A stretch of DNA of 64,000 nucleotides from Octopus sinensis (GCF_006345805.1 NW_021832428.1:1-64000); one strand, 5' to 3'. Positions 50,000-63,250 are shown, counted from the first letter of the stretch. Program-made: numbers and translations. The notes: generated by a model from the letters alone, not told the origin.

Positions 50000-50102
50000 A
50001 TGACGTAGGTGTCATCAGAGGAGAGTAGTCCTTCAGTTTAAAGGCACTCCCTGCAGTCGAAAGTGGACAAAAGGAGTGAATTGTTAGTGAAAGTAATTAA
50101 AG

Positions 50103-50747
50103 TTAATTGTCGGGCTTAATTTTGAACATTTTCTTGAACAAATGGAGGACGTTGTGTGACTTGGCACGACAAAACAAATGTCTGGCAAGGGTGTGTGAGG
50201 GTTGTGAGGCCTTGCGGACATCATAGAGGGTAGGACTGCCGGTCTTAACTTGGAAGTATTGCATAAGGAGTGCCTGAAAAAAGTGTTTGACAGAGCAGTC
50301 ATTAATGACGGACAGGTGGTAGACATGGGAAAAGAATTGTGAGTGAGTGGTGACCTCGTAGACTGTACTGTCGGAGTGATTGTCGACGAAGGCAGTCAGG
50401 GGCATGGACTTGTTCCTCAAAAAGAGGATTTGGTTGAAAATGTCCTTCACTTTTTGGAAGGAGTACTTGTCCTTGTATTTATAGACGAGGATGATTATGT
50501 CCGCCTCGATTATGGCGATTTTGAGCATAGCGGGACTGCAGAAGGTGCCACACGTGTCGACGATTTGGAAGGTGGCCGTGTGATTGAGTTGAGCTTCGTA
50601 GACGTCGCCGATGGTGGGTTCGTAGGTGATGAGTTTCTTTCCCCACAAATAATTGGAGATGAGTGTAGTCTTGCCTGTGTTCTTGTACCCCATTACATAT
50701 ATTTTGAACTTGATTATGCCATTCAGAGAAATGCTCATGTCGTCCAC
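50103..50747 (-). CDS. Ras-family small GTPase (DIRAS/RASD-like)
   Basis: It has P-loop GYKNTGKT, YEPTIGDVY and IVDTCG.F..PAML, in a 214-aa single exon. Confidence 0.8.
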   Translation of the reverse strand: MDDMSISLNGIIKFKIYVMGYKNTGKTTLISNYLWGKKLITYEPTIGDVYEAQLNHTATFQIVDTCGTFCSPAMLKIAIIEADIIILVYKYKDKYSFQKVKDIFNQILFLRNKSMPLTAFVDNHSDSTVYEVTTHSQFFSHVYHLSVINDCSVKHFFQALLMQYFQVKTGSPTLYDVRKASQPSHTLARHLFCRAKSHNVLHLFKKMFKIKPDN

Positions 50748-50817
50748 TGCCTCGGCATTGGCTTATAATCAATCGCCCTCGTCAATGTCCTTATTTTAGT
50801 AATAATATTAATTGAAC

Positions 50818-51365
50818 ATGTATTCGTTGTTGGACACGAACTATTTCAACATAAGTGACATTCTGGCCACCCAGGAGTCCATTCCCTGCAGAATACTACG
50901 ACCCATCAAAGACGTGGCCTCAACACTCCACGAATTGCCCATGTGGATGGTCATCACTCTCGCCAATTCCTCCAACCAGATCGTCCAGCCCGCCGACCTC
51001 CCATATCACTACAGACACCTCCACAGACACATTCTCGCCGCCGATGCCACCGTCGTCAATCTAATTAGTCGATTCTACTACCACGTGGGTCTTCATCTCA
51101 GATCCTTCCATTTGCCCGATTATGAAAATGTGCGAATATTCCTTATTAATGTGCCCCCCAATATTATTTCCAGGCATTCATTTCCAGGTTCTCCATTATT
51201 ATGAGTTCCTCCGAACAAACGAGGACCAACAAATTGGACAATCTCAACTTTGAGGAGCAGCAGATCATGAATGCCCGCTTCCTCGCCAACAAACAGCTCA
51301 GATTGTGGGAAATGGGTCTCCTCCATAAAATAACCAGCAATTCACAACTCGATTTTCACTTTTAA
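50818..51365 (+). CDS. GINS3: GINS complex subunit 3 (Psf3)
   Basis: It reads YFNISDILATQESIPC, ELPMWM, ILAADATVVNL..FYYHVG and LNFEEQQI...QLRLWE, with a 23-nt intron at 51151-73. Confidence 0.85.
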
Positions 51366-51735
51366 TAATTCACTCCATTCATTCACAGTGTGCTTTTCTT
51401 ACCCTCAAACTCAACAGTTGGTAGCATTTAACTCCAGGGATATACCCTTAGCGTACGTTAAATACGTAGATGTTATCAGAGGAAAGTACTCCTTGCAGTC
51501 TAAACAGGACAAAAAAACAAATTGCCAAGGTATTCTACGATTGAGGCCATACTTGTGTGACTCCGTAGAATACACGTTCTTCATAGACAATAAAATGACC
51601 TCTCAAGGATGACCAAAAGTGTTCGCTCACTGTGTTATTAATCCTAGTCAATATCTGCAATATAATCTTGCTGCTTTGAAATGCACTGGATGATTCAATT
51701 GAGTATTAATAAGAGTACAAGTAATGGCAAATACA

Positions 51736-52449
51736 CTACATAAAATCGTCGGGGGAGTCGTGTGGCAATTCGTCATGGAAGGGAATCTCGTCGCGGAGGT
51801 TGAGTTTTGGTTTGGCCTTTTTCTTCTTCTTTTTGTGTTGTGTGACCTGTTCGACTGTGTTGGGAGTGTTGGTGAGGGCAGTCAAGTTGGTGATTATTTT
51901 AGTGAGCGTGTCCCCCCTCTTGACTACACTCAACACACCAATCTACTTGTTTGGCAGAGGGACACCACGAACGTCTCCACGAACGTGCAGTACAGCGGGT
52001 TGCCCTGCCATCACTCACTCACTCTACTTTGCCCTCGTCGATGTACGCCACCGCACTCTCCACCACTTCTTTCAACGGCAGACACTTCAGTCTGGACGAC
52101 AACGCACCCGACACACTCATTCCACCAATCAGATCCTCCATCAACCACATTTCCGACGCCATTTCCTCCGCTCGTATTCTCTCCTCTGCTTCCCTCCCCG
52201 TCTCCTCCAACACCGCCATTTCGATTCGATTTGATACTTTCTTCGCCCGATTGTTTCGGGGTTCTTTCGTCTTCTCGGCTGACTTTTTGTTGGTCTCGGG
52301 GTCGGCCTTGGGTTATTACGATTAACAACCAGCCAGTCGAATGATTCGTCTTCTTCGTCGTCGGATGATCTGCCGAGTCCAATAAAATGGTTGTCTATAT
52401 TTATCAAAATATTCAATTTAGTAATCGACATAACCCACAACATACCCAT
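51736..52449 (-). CDS. EIF3J: Translation initiation factor 3 subunit J
   Basis: It has acidic DDEEDESFDW, EERIRAEEMASEMWLMEDLIGG, YCTFVETFVVSLC..LTKIITNLTAL, poly-K and terminal DDFM*. The start is approximate. Confidence 0.75.
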
Positions 52450-52617
52450 GCAGGAAGGATATAAATTTAAATTATCTATTTCAAACAAAATATGTTTTAG
52501 TATTAAATAAAAACTTGTCAAAAAAAAGTAATTTGGGAATATTTGTAGATTTATGCCTACAATTGAATGTACTGGACTAAGCCTTAACCAAAATGACCAC
52601 AGAATTAAAGAAAAGTT

Positions 52618-55600
52618 TTATAAGTTGTATCTGCGGGAGAATGGACTGAGGTCGGTCGTCGTGTCCTGAAAGTCCAGCTGATTGAGCGACCTTCCAATAA
52701 AGTGGGAAGAGTACTGAGGAAAGGAATGTCCATCACTGGTCGTGTCCTTATAGCGGAGTAGTGTGGGTAGGCCATTTGGAGAACTGGAGTGAGGACTACT
52801 CGTAGGCCGTGTGGAGTGAGTGGCACGACAGGGGTCGACCGCCCGGATGAATTGAGAGAGGGATTGCCACCCCCCGCCTACTCGGACAAAGACTCCAGTG
52901 TGTGTGATGTGGACATACCTGATGGACGACCCAATCTACAGGTCGTGGGCAAGAATACTTGATATCGTCCATCGGAAATATAATTAACTCTGAGTGGTCT
53001 GTGACACGTGCAGTTGGTCAACTCGTGTTGGATAGCCCGTTCTAGGGAGGGAGGGGTGTTTGTCTGAGTGGGGACCTTCTGAGTGAGTGCGTCGATTAGG
53101 AGAGTGTAGTCCATGTCGTCCGAGTGTGGCCCAGCGAAGAGGGAGAAGACGGCATTGAGTTGAGGACGTGGACTGTCGAGGCCTGGTGAGTGATGGAGTG
53201 GTGTGACCTGCCTTGACGAGTCCGGTGACAAAACGTTCCCTGGTGATGCGGCCTTCCTGTTGGTTTTTGCGGAAAAAGTCGGTTATTCTGAGTTTGTTGG
53301 CCTTAATCCAGGACAAGTAGTTGGTTCGCCAGCGGGCAAAGTCGACATGTTCGAACTGGTGTGAGGGAATAGAATACTCTGCCGTACTGGTCGATGGAGT
53401 GTTGGAGAGTTTGTGAGTATTGGGCGGAGGTGGTGTTGAGGGCCTTCCACAGGTGGGATAATTGTGGAGTGGATAGTTGGTCGTATTTGTCCCTCAGACT
53501 GTGCTCGAATTCCTGAAATAGAGAATGACTGGACTTGGTGGTCTTGCATGAGTTGAGTGAGCATGGTAATGTCCTCGGGCAACGGATATCTCATCTTGTC
53601 AGCCAGGAAATGTCTGGCGTCGGTCAACCACTGCAATGTTTGGTCAGCGTGGAGGGCGTCCTGTTTGGCCCGGAGAAAGAGACCATTCAAGTGCTCAGTT
53701 CTCAGTTGTGCCTTCTTGACAATCTGGGAATGTGGTGGTTGGACGACCTGTTCCCAACTGGCACAACTGATGGTGTAGTCGTAGCGGACGAAGCGGACTG
53801 CGTTTGGGTGGACTCGACTCATTATTGTGTCGATGGTCTCCTTCAGTCGGTCTATTCTCTTCTCATCTTCCGCCAAACACTCCAGGAAAGTCTGCAATGA
53901 ACTGTCCCCTCTTACTTCGTGCTTGTCAATGGCCGACAGCAGTTGGTTCTTGTCCTCGCAGGACGGACGCACTCTCAGCACTTGTTCTGCCACTTTGATC
54001 ACCTTTCGGGCGTATTCCACTCCCTTCTCCATGTCCTCTGCCTCCACATTACACACCACTCACACCAATTCCACTGCTCGCCCAAGGTTCCTCCCCCTCT
54101 CGGCCATCAGTTCACCCACTCGCCCCCACTCACTCCCCACTCTACTTGCCAACTCCCGTCCCATCTCCTCCCTTTTACTCACACACCCATACTTTGTGCT
54201 GTTCTAACAACATTCCCACTGTCTTCATGTCCCCAAACACATTCCCGTTCGACAACAGATACTCCTCCACTTCACACAACCACGTCTCCTCCAAACACTC
54301 TCCTCGGAATATCTCTCCTCCATCCTCCATCACTCCACTCTTGTGCCACTCCACTCGATTCTATCCTTCACCCACACTCACTACTCGAATGTATTCACAA
54401 TATTCCATCGCCCTCCCCCATCCCCTCTCTATTTCATCCACCAAACCACCATCCCCTCCATCCTTTACCACCTCTTTTGCTACCGCCACACATCTCCGGT
54501 AATCGTCCTCGTTCAATTTCTCACATTCCCTCTACCATTAGGCCTGCTCATACCTCGAATCCTTCAATCTGAGTCCTCAGTGTGTCCTCATCCGTCGAAA
54601 GTGGTTGAATGTGTATGCACGCACAAAGACTGTTCTCCACCCATTCCAAGTGTCTCCTATAGGACAACACGTGGTTGATCTGAGGACATTGATGGGAGAA
54701 TATACTCTCATAATATTGGACTCCACCCTGTTGGAGTACACTGAGAGCTGAGAGGACCGTGCATCAATCTCCCTTACTGTGCTTTGCAATGCTCTGTGTT
54801 GGGCCAGTTCTTCCAACTCGGCCTACTGGTCAGAATAATATTCAACTTGGAGAGAGTAATACACATTGTACAGACGTTCCAAATCAGTGTCAGACTGCCA
54901 CACACATTCCCGACTGAGGAGTACTCGAGTGTATTCCACATTGCTCTACACAATCGGGAATACTCATCACTCTCAGTTTGCTCAATTCTTGACAAATGTC
55001 CGCCCACGAAAAGACCATTTCTTCAAACCGCGAGTCGCATTGGAAAGAACTCACCGAGTCCAGTAGTCGTTCATAGTTTAGTAACATGGCTGATATGGCG
55101 ATCGAGTCATCAAGCAAGTCCTGGTAGTCCACTTTGGACTGCTCATTTGCCAAGGCACACTTCAATTCTCTCATTTTCCTTTCCAAAGTCTGCAGAAATG
55201 AGGGGAATGATGAAAACTGATTCCATTTCCCTCATTGCCTCAGTCCTCGACTCAATCACTTGACAGTGTCGAGACAAAGTCGCGTGACTCCGTTCGAATT
55301 CCTGGAGGGCTACTTGATACCTCATTTCCACTCTCCGAACAATCCTCAATGCCGACTCTCCCAAATACTCCTCCACCGAGTTGAGAACTCTCATCACTTG
55401 CTCCATCCCCCTTCTTTGGGACTCGAATTGGGAAAATATAATCTGTGCATATGTTAGAGGGGACTGCCTGTTGGGGGACACTCTCCACGGATTGTGTCAT
55501 GTGCTCATTGAAGGTGCAAATACTGGACTTGACAAATTCAAAAAATGCGGAAATAATGTCCCACACGTGGGCGGTCTCTTTATACACGTGGGCGAGTATT

Positions 55601-58600
55601 CGTGCCCTGTGTTGTGCTTTGTCAGTCAAATTAAGAATGTCTGAATGAGTGAGTTGTGTGAGGACTGCCAGCAAGTTCTGTGACAGTGTGGGCGTGGACT
55701 TACATTGTTTATATTCTGTTCATGTCTCAACAGGTCGGGGTCGATTGGAATGTCACTCTCGACTGCCTCTTTGCACAAATCGTGTATTTTCTGAATAGTA
55801 ACGTGTACATCTCCACAACAGTCGAATTGACTTGTGTCTTTGGCCTGCCTGATGTGGTCGAGTTGTCGTTGAAGAACATGAGCGCATTCACTGTGTGTGC
55901 TCAGTTTGCCAATTCGGGCGATATATAACTGACTGAGGGAAATGTTTCTCAGAATGTAGTGAGACTGGGCAGTTCAAATTGGGGAATACTTGTAGAATGT
56001 CATCTCCCTCAGTGTCCCTCAACTCCTGAAGGACTGGATTAATTCGATTGATAATATTCACTGCCTCCCTAAAGTCACCAAACCTACATTTAGTGCAATG
56101 TTAATACTTTTTAGTCATGGACTGGAGGACAGCGAGGCTTCGGGTGGCCAATTTATTTCTCAATAAAAGTAATCCCCCGTTCTCGGTGACTCGAAAGGAT
56201 GCGAGGGTTGTGAATATTCTCAAGAGTTGTGTCACCTCCCTCATTTTGTCCGACATTGCAGCCTCGATAGTCTGTCGTGGTCAGAGTGGAATATACAGTC
56301 ATCATAGTCCCCTCGTTCTGTTCTAGTTGGGAGTCGGTCTTGTCCATCCACGCCAGCAGATTGCTCATGCCCGATTGGACCTATTTGTCGTACTTGTTTC
56401 ATACTTTATTGACTACTCGCACTAACACATTTTCTCGCACGACTTTCCAACGCTCCAATAACTCCCCACATCCAATGCAGTCCGACAGATCCACCACAGC
56501 CTGAATGGTCACCCAATCCTCACTTTATCCACACGGTCCCGCGCAGAGGACAGTCGTCTCAGTTGTTCTTCCAATGATTCGTTTAAACCAGTCTGAAACA
56601 AGTCGGCAGTTTCCTTGATAATTCTTTCGAGTGGCTCCAGTCTGGGACAGTCACCAACACAGTCAATACTTGGTTGAGTGCTTTCCTGCCAGACTCGACA
56701 AGTCTGCCACCACGCCCTTCAAGGCGACTGCATTGGCCAACACGGCGAGCGCATTATTCAGCAAATCTCCGAGAGAAGGATCGGACTGTCACAATCAGCA
56801 GTTCTTAAACTACTTTAATCATGTCCTCGATCTCATTTTTTAGTCTTTCTGCCACTTGCCACTCCTCCCTCACTTGTTTGCCTATTTCTGCGATTTCTGT
56901 GACCACGTCGTCTGATTGGCTGTCAATCCTCGAAGACAGAGCAGACAGATCAGTCCGGAAGAGAATGAACTTGTTTTTTATCCGTTCCAACTCGCCTTCC
57001 TTTTCTCGACATAGTGTGTCTGCCCGGCGGGTAATTTGTTCTAAACAATCCGCCAATTCTTCGAAGCGGTGGAGAATCGACTTGGCTGAACTGGTCGTTG
57101 AGGGAAGATAAATGTGACTCATGCAGTTTTCCGCGATTTTGTTGTTGGGCCAACTGGACGTGATTGTGTCCTAAGGATGGGTTATTGCCAAAGAGACAAT
57201 TTTAAATTAATAATATATACTTTACCCGATATTTATTTTGAACTTGCTCCACTTTCAAAATGAACTCTCGCTTTCCATTTTTCATTTTATTCTCCAAATC
57301 CTTGACTGAAGACACGTTGCCCGCCTCTTTCTCGATGGACGACAGGAGTGCCTCACAATCCTCAACCAGTCCTCTGAACACCTCGCACGACCAGTCTGTG
57401 TAGTCCAAGGCTTCCTTCCCAGCGTGGAAGTAGTCCAATGTCTAATTTGAATGAGTTGGCCGACCTTTTGGAGAGTGTGAATTAAATTGGAAGGAGGGGG
57501 GTGAGGACTATATGTAATGACTGCCCGCCGGTACATGTCCATGTCTCGAATGAGTGACTCGGTCTCCCTCTTTGTCCAATCACTCAAATGATTACTTTGC
57601 AGTCCCATGATTGGATGCCCCACTCGTCGGCCAACTTGACTAACAACTCAGTCAAATACTGCACGATCAGTTGGCTGCCCAGAAAGTATGCCACCCCCGA
57701 ATTGAAGTCATACAACAATTCACATTCCTGTCTCACCATAAAGGAGACCACATTCCGCGAAATGAGGGACTCTGAGAGTACAAAGTCCTGCCCGAATATA
57801 TTAAATTTAGTAATTTCCCCGACACTGCCCTTAGCAAAGGCAGGTCTTGTTGGGAGGGACAGACTGAGTTCATGAATGACTTGTTGAGGAGACTTGTTGG
57901 TGAGTCCCTGGGCGAATGCAGTCAACGTGCCCATTTGTTGATTCCTCAGACAGTATGTTGTGTGGGGACAGAGGGGGGAGGGTGGGAAGAACGTGGGAGT
58001 AACCAAATCAAAGAACAATCGGAGAGTTCGTTTGTTCCACCACCCACGGGGACAGGTGTATACTTTATAGAATGACTCGAATGTTTCCTTTATCCCACAG
58101 CGGAAGGAAAACCAGGTCATGTTTATCAGAAACGTGAGGAGTGCTTCCTTCAGCGTGATTGACCTGGACAGAGGATAGTCCCACAATGGTCTGGTCAATG
58201 CGAGAGTGAGGCATTGTGTGATGAGGAGGTGGGGGGAACACACATCCCTCAGCACAAAGTCATTCTGACAGGCAGGCAGTGGGAGTGAGCAGAGGCACTT
58301 CCAATGTGCGTGGTAGACGGGGGGCGACAGGCTGTTGTCGAAGAATGTCTTCACAAGAGAGTGGACGTGCTCCAATGACAGTCTTTCTTCCCCGAAAGCT
58401 TCCTGCACTGAGCAAACCCGTCCGTGTTGTCGATGGTCCACAAATACAAACAAGTCCCCTCTCACTTGATAGTCATCGCAGTCCTCCAAGGGCGGGGGAC
58501 TGTGTCCTTCCAGTGGAGTGATTTGGGGATTCAGTGTCTCCCAGGACATTTGGGAACAATTCTCCGAAAGGGTTGAGAAGACAAGACCAAAGTTTGGTTG

Positions 58601-59501
58601 TGGGGGTTGTGTGTTTGGTGGGAGGACGACCAAGCGGAGTCTCCTCTGGGAAACCAATTCGGTGGTGGTGGTGAGGGAATACGAGTCATTTGGTTGTTTG
58701 ACCGCAAACAGGTCTTGTCCAAGAATGGCCAAATGTCCTCTGTCTATAGCACACGTGAGGTCGATTGGGGCAGGGAGTGCATCCAGTCTCACCTCCACGA
58801 CCAATCTCTCTCGGAACATCCTTTCGGGCCTCTCGGAAATGGACAGGACTGAATGTGGACTGGAATAAGGAGGACCCTCACTTTGTCCAGATGTATGACT
58901 TGGAGGCGTACTGTGTGTTGGTGGAGGTGATTTGGACATATCCAGTGGTCATGTTATGAGTGCCCTCATTGCTGTTCTTCCTGAAGGTTATCTTTTCGTA
59001 AAACTCCATCAGTTCTCGTTTGATTCTGCGAATAATTATAAACAAATCAGTCTCGATCGATTAAGCATGTTGCCTTAAGCACTCACTCGCTTAGACTCTC
59101 GTCTTGGACAAACAGCCACGGAATGGAGATTCTGTCCCCCTTCGCAGTCTCCACCTGCAATGACATTAGGGAGGCAACCAAGTAGTCGTCGAGTCCATCC
59201 ATCTCCATAAACTGCACTCGATCTCCCTCCTTGAGTTGACTCTACCAATAAGGCACGACTTCACTTTGTAGTCAACAAGGAGGCAGAATGATGTGTTCTT
59301 GGGACGCAGGTAGTCCATCCGCCTCAGCAGTTGTGTCACCTTCCCTTCCTCTCTTGATGACATCACCTCCTGCAGTGCTGTCAAATGGTGTGTCAGGCTG
59401 TGTCGTATTCTATCCGCCGAGTAACACCCCCTCTCGTACAACTGGGAACTGGTTGTCAATAGTTGTTTCAGGCAGGTCGAAATGTGGTTGACTGTCTCCA
59501 T
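52618..59501 (-). CDS. Spectraplakin-like protein (Shot/MACF1/dystonin family), many micro-introns
   Basis: It has a plakin/SH3 region (LRPKN..LLVDYK|SQLKEGD), a large 451-aa exon with a plectin-repeat-like AIDRGHL, spectrin-like helical repeats, EF-hand-like GRITRERFVTGL and GAR domain FVRVGGGWQSLSQFIRAVDPCR. Confidence 0.8.
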
Positions 59502-59519
59502 TATATCACTTTACCGCAG

Positions 59520-60330
59520 TTCTTAATGTTCACATTTTTATTCCTATAATATTTCTATTCGTTTTTGTATCAATAACCGTTTTACTATTTGGGACCAATT
59601 TTGAATACCACTTCTTTCTCAACCAGTGGAAGGCTGTGTCTACCACATCAAGAATAATGGAACCCCGCAAACAAGTAAATTGTGAGTGTGCCAATGGATG
59701 GCTGTTAAGAAGTTTGTTGTTTTTGAGCATCCTGATAGCACGAGTGGAGATGTAGTCATGGATTAGTTTATTCGCAGTTTTCCCATTGTTGGTTGAGAGT
59801 ATTTTTGATAGACATCTACATTGATCGGCCAGAGTAAAAATGATGTGTCTTTTGTTTTCTGGAATAGAGATTTTGTGACTTGGATCAGAAGAGTCTTGTA
59901 TTTCCTGTAGGAATTGGAGTCCTCTCATCGTCAAATGGTCATCGACCGGAAGAATACAGGACTCCCAATGAAGATGATCGATGGGAGTGGATGCAAGGCA
60001 GCCAGTTATTGTGCGTAGCCCTGAGTTTTGGATTCTTTAGAGTTTTTGGAGGTTTGAATGAGACAAGTTCCATGACCATGCTGGACTAGCATAGTTCATA
60101 GATGTTCTGACAAATTGTTTGTAAACCAAAGTGAGGCATTCTTTGGCTTGGCCTTAAGTTTGCCCAGATAAGGCACGTAGTGCATTCAGTTTTCGTTTGG
60201 CTTTGGTGAAAATGAGCTCCACGTGTTGCGTGAAAGATAGGCATTGATCGAATACGACTCCAAGGATTTTCGGGTTTTTTATGACAGGAATTATTTCGCC
60301 GGCCACATTGAGGACTGGGTTTAGGTTGAA
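59520..60330 (-). mobile_element. Non-LTR retrotransposon 3' remnant (RT thumb and C-terminus)
   Basis: KILGVVFDQCLSF.QHV, YKQFVRTSMNYASPAW and IQNSGLRTITGC, with stops. Confidence 0.75.
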
Positions 60331-60503
60331 TTGTCTTTTATGTGTTTGTGGAGTAACTCATAGAAGGCGTACTCTTCCAGGGAATTCAAATTATAATCAC
60401 AAAGGCAGTCTAATCCCTTCCAGAGAAGTACTTATTGTCGCACAGGACAATCACACACAACCAAAATTAACTAACAACCAAATTTATTATCAAAAAAAGA
60501 AAA

Positions 60504-60760
60504 TTAGTTGGAGGCATCAATCTCGGACTGAGTCTGCTCGATCATTTCGTTGATGGAATTCTCCATTTCGTCAATCCGTCCGCCCATTTGGTCGACTGCG
60601 AGTCAGCCACGACAATACTTTTGGCCATTATATCCTCGGACATGCTCTCGAATTTGCTCTGCAGTTGTTCCAACAGATTCTGGATCTCGTTCGACTCCTC
60701 CATTGCCTTTCGAGTTTCCTCGTTTATGTCCATTTCTGACTTGTTTCCCGACTCCGCCAT
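60504..60760 (-). CDS. HSBP1: Heat shock factor binding protein 1
   Basis: IQNLLEQLQSKFESMSEDIMAK|IDQMGGRIDEMENSINEMI across a 23-nt intron. Confidence 0.9.
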
Positions 60761-61573
60761 CCTACTAAACAGAGATCACTTATTGGGCATACCACACAAC
60801 CAAACAACAATTCCTTTATTTTTATGTCATTTCATTATTACTTAATTATTATTCCTTCAAAATAAATATACGACAAAGGGGACGAAGGGTGACAAATAAT
60901 TTTATTATATACAATCAAATCACTCTAAACCGATTCCTATAGAGAGGAGACCGGTATATTGCACATCAAATTTACTTATAACGACAAAGTGATATTAATA
61001 AAAATTTGTCAATAAGGATTGGCTCGTTTTTAGCCTCGATTTAGCAATCGTTTTATTTTTTGGATAGATCAGTCTGTCGACGGGATCGAGTAATGCAGGG
61101 TCTTGAATGCAAACAAAGTGGTAGATTTAGCATTTTTTGAACATTTGTGCGTAGTAATTTCTCTATATTTTCTGGCCTGTTTGCTTATCTGAGTCATCGT
61201 CATTATCTTCAGAAGCTGAGACTGTTTGTATTGGCCAACGGGGAATGATTCCTATTCATTGAGATTTTCAGTGGGTAGTTAAAAGTCCAAGTTGACAAAT
61301 TCTTCTTCTGTCACGTCATTATCGACTAGTTTATTCATGAGGGATATGAACACTAAATTGTTTGCATGATTGTTGTGTAAATTACATTTTTACAGGAATG
61401 CCAGACTTATTAAGCAGGGGAAGATTGTGTTTTATTTCACATCTATCTAAGCTGTGCTAATCCATTAATAGCATCTAAAAAAGAATTTTTGGCAAGTGGT
61501 GTCGCAAAAGAGGAACAAGGAAATATTAAAGCAAATAATTAGGTTAGTCAATTAGTAACATCCGAAATGTAGG

Positions 61574-62377
61574 TCAAAAGCAATCCTTCCAGCATAGAAG
61601 ATTGCTTGATGCGGGATATCGGCAGAGGTTGCAATCTATTGTGAGTAAACTAACACACCATAGGCTTCCTCAGTGATTATTAGTGTTGCGTCTGTTGTTG
61701 CAAATGGATCCATTTCTACACTTTTATCAGTTAATTTGATATCTAGCTGATTTGTCACTGTTGTAATCCTTATATTTGAATATATAAGTATACATTATGG
61801 GTTGGGACCCATTTGTGAATATGCACATTTTCTGGCCGTCAATAATACTACAAAGTCAGTAAGTTAAAATACCTCATGTAGAGGGGAAGACTGATTTTTG
61901 GCCTCAGGAAAATGGTATTTAATGGCATGTCACTTTAATGTTAGAATAAGATTTGTACAGGCTTAATGATCCGACTAGACTTGCAAAGGCATCTACGTTC
62001 ACGTAACGAAGGTCACTACAGGATTGCAGTTCTCTAATGATTCAAAATATTTGAATGTACATATGGCGTAGGTGAATCAACCCGTCAAATGAGTTGTTTA
62101 GTATTCTCTTTAGCGAGTCTCCACGACAGTGACTAGTGTTAATAAAATGTTGATTACAATTGCTCCAAGTACGTTAAATTCGAGAATATTTCTCCATTTG
62201 GAAATAGAACGTTGCTAGAAATTGCAATTATTGTGTTATGTTCTGCAGCATTTGCTCCATTGAATTCACAGTTTTGCAAAACTCTGATTCAAATAAGAAA
62301 TTTTTCAAAAACTGTTGTGTTAAATCACAGTCTCTTTGGACCACTAAGTCAACCAAAAGTAGGACAAGTGAAAGCAT
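61574..62377 (-). CDS. Secreted variable LRR protein, copy 5 (8 exons, intact)
   Basis: It has the same seven introns. The frame reads MLSLVLLLVDLVVQRDC...LEQFHCRGD...LIHLRHIELQSC...SLSLDMPLN...CWKDCF*. Confidence 0.85.
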
Positions 62378-62994
62378 TCTAATTAAGGCTAATATTTTAT
62401 TGCGAATAACTCATTGGTTAGACAACAAATAAATTAAAAACTTTATTAACTAAATCCAAAACCGAAAATAATAAGAAATTAAGTAATTATTGATCCTAGT
62501 TTTTGGAAATTTTTCTCATCTTGAGGGGACTCCATAACTCATTATTTCCACATTTACTTTCATGCTCAGAGTCATTTATAACTTGTCAATTTGTTTCATC
62601 TGGGGTTTTCGCATTATTAGTTTGTCATTGCAAACAACTGCCGTAATGACTTCTTTATTAGGCATATTAATTCCCATTCCTATGCTCCAGAACGATGCTT
62701 TCTAGTGTCTTTTTCATTACAAATGCCAGAATGTATGTTCTTGTCGGGCCTTGAATAAATAATCTTTCGATATAGGAGATTGAACACTTTGTAATACTTT
62801 TAAACCTACTCCGTCCCTATTCACAAAAAGATAGAACACTATTTTTTTCATTACTGTCGTTTAAATCATATATTTTTACTGGAATGCCACATTTATTAAA
62901 GCAGAGAGAGATTGTGTATTATTTACGTCCATCCATGCAGTGCTAATCCACGGATAGCATATAAGAAAAAATTTTAGGCAAGCGGTGTCGCAGT

Positions 62995-63250
62995 GGTTTC
63001 TGTTTCGGAAGCAGTCAAGATGATTAACAAAGGAATTGTAGAGAATTGAGCAAGAGGAGAAATGCCTGGTTTCAATTACCTACAAAACACGGATTGGATG
63101 CCACCTACGTCGCACCGACTGCTGAAATCGATTGACGAGATGTCTGATAATATAGAATGATTGAGAAGGAGAGGGAAGAAGTTTGCAGTACTGTGAGCAA
63201 GTGTTGGACTGCCCCACCAATCTCACTCACCCGAGATTAGGGTGTAATAC
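62995..63250 (+). pseudogene. Partial 14-3-3 pseudogene copy
   Basis: It is a duplicate of 4714-4960 (EEKCLVSITYK, MIEKEREEVC). Confidence 0.7.

Larger units (their letters stand above)
60827..63250 (-). repeat. Inverted mate of 4714-7112
   Basis: Reverse-complement match. It is truncated at 63250 where the RLE retrotransposon 3' region begins. Confidence 0.9.

Noticed and set aside
53283-59000. Numerous plus-strand ORFs of 60-217 aa over the spectraplakin, and over anillin, COX4 and eIF3j
   Set aside because: They are antisense or alternative-frame shadows of GC-richer coding sequence, with no recognisable motifs.
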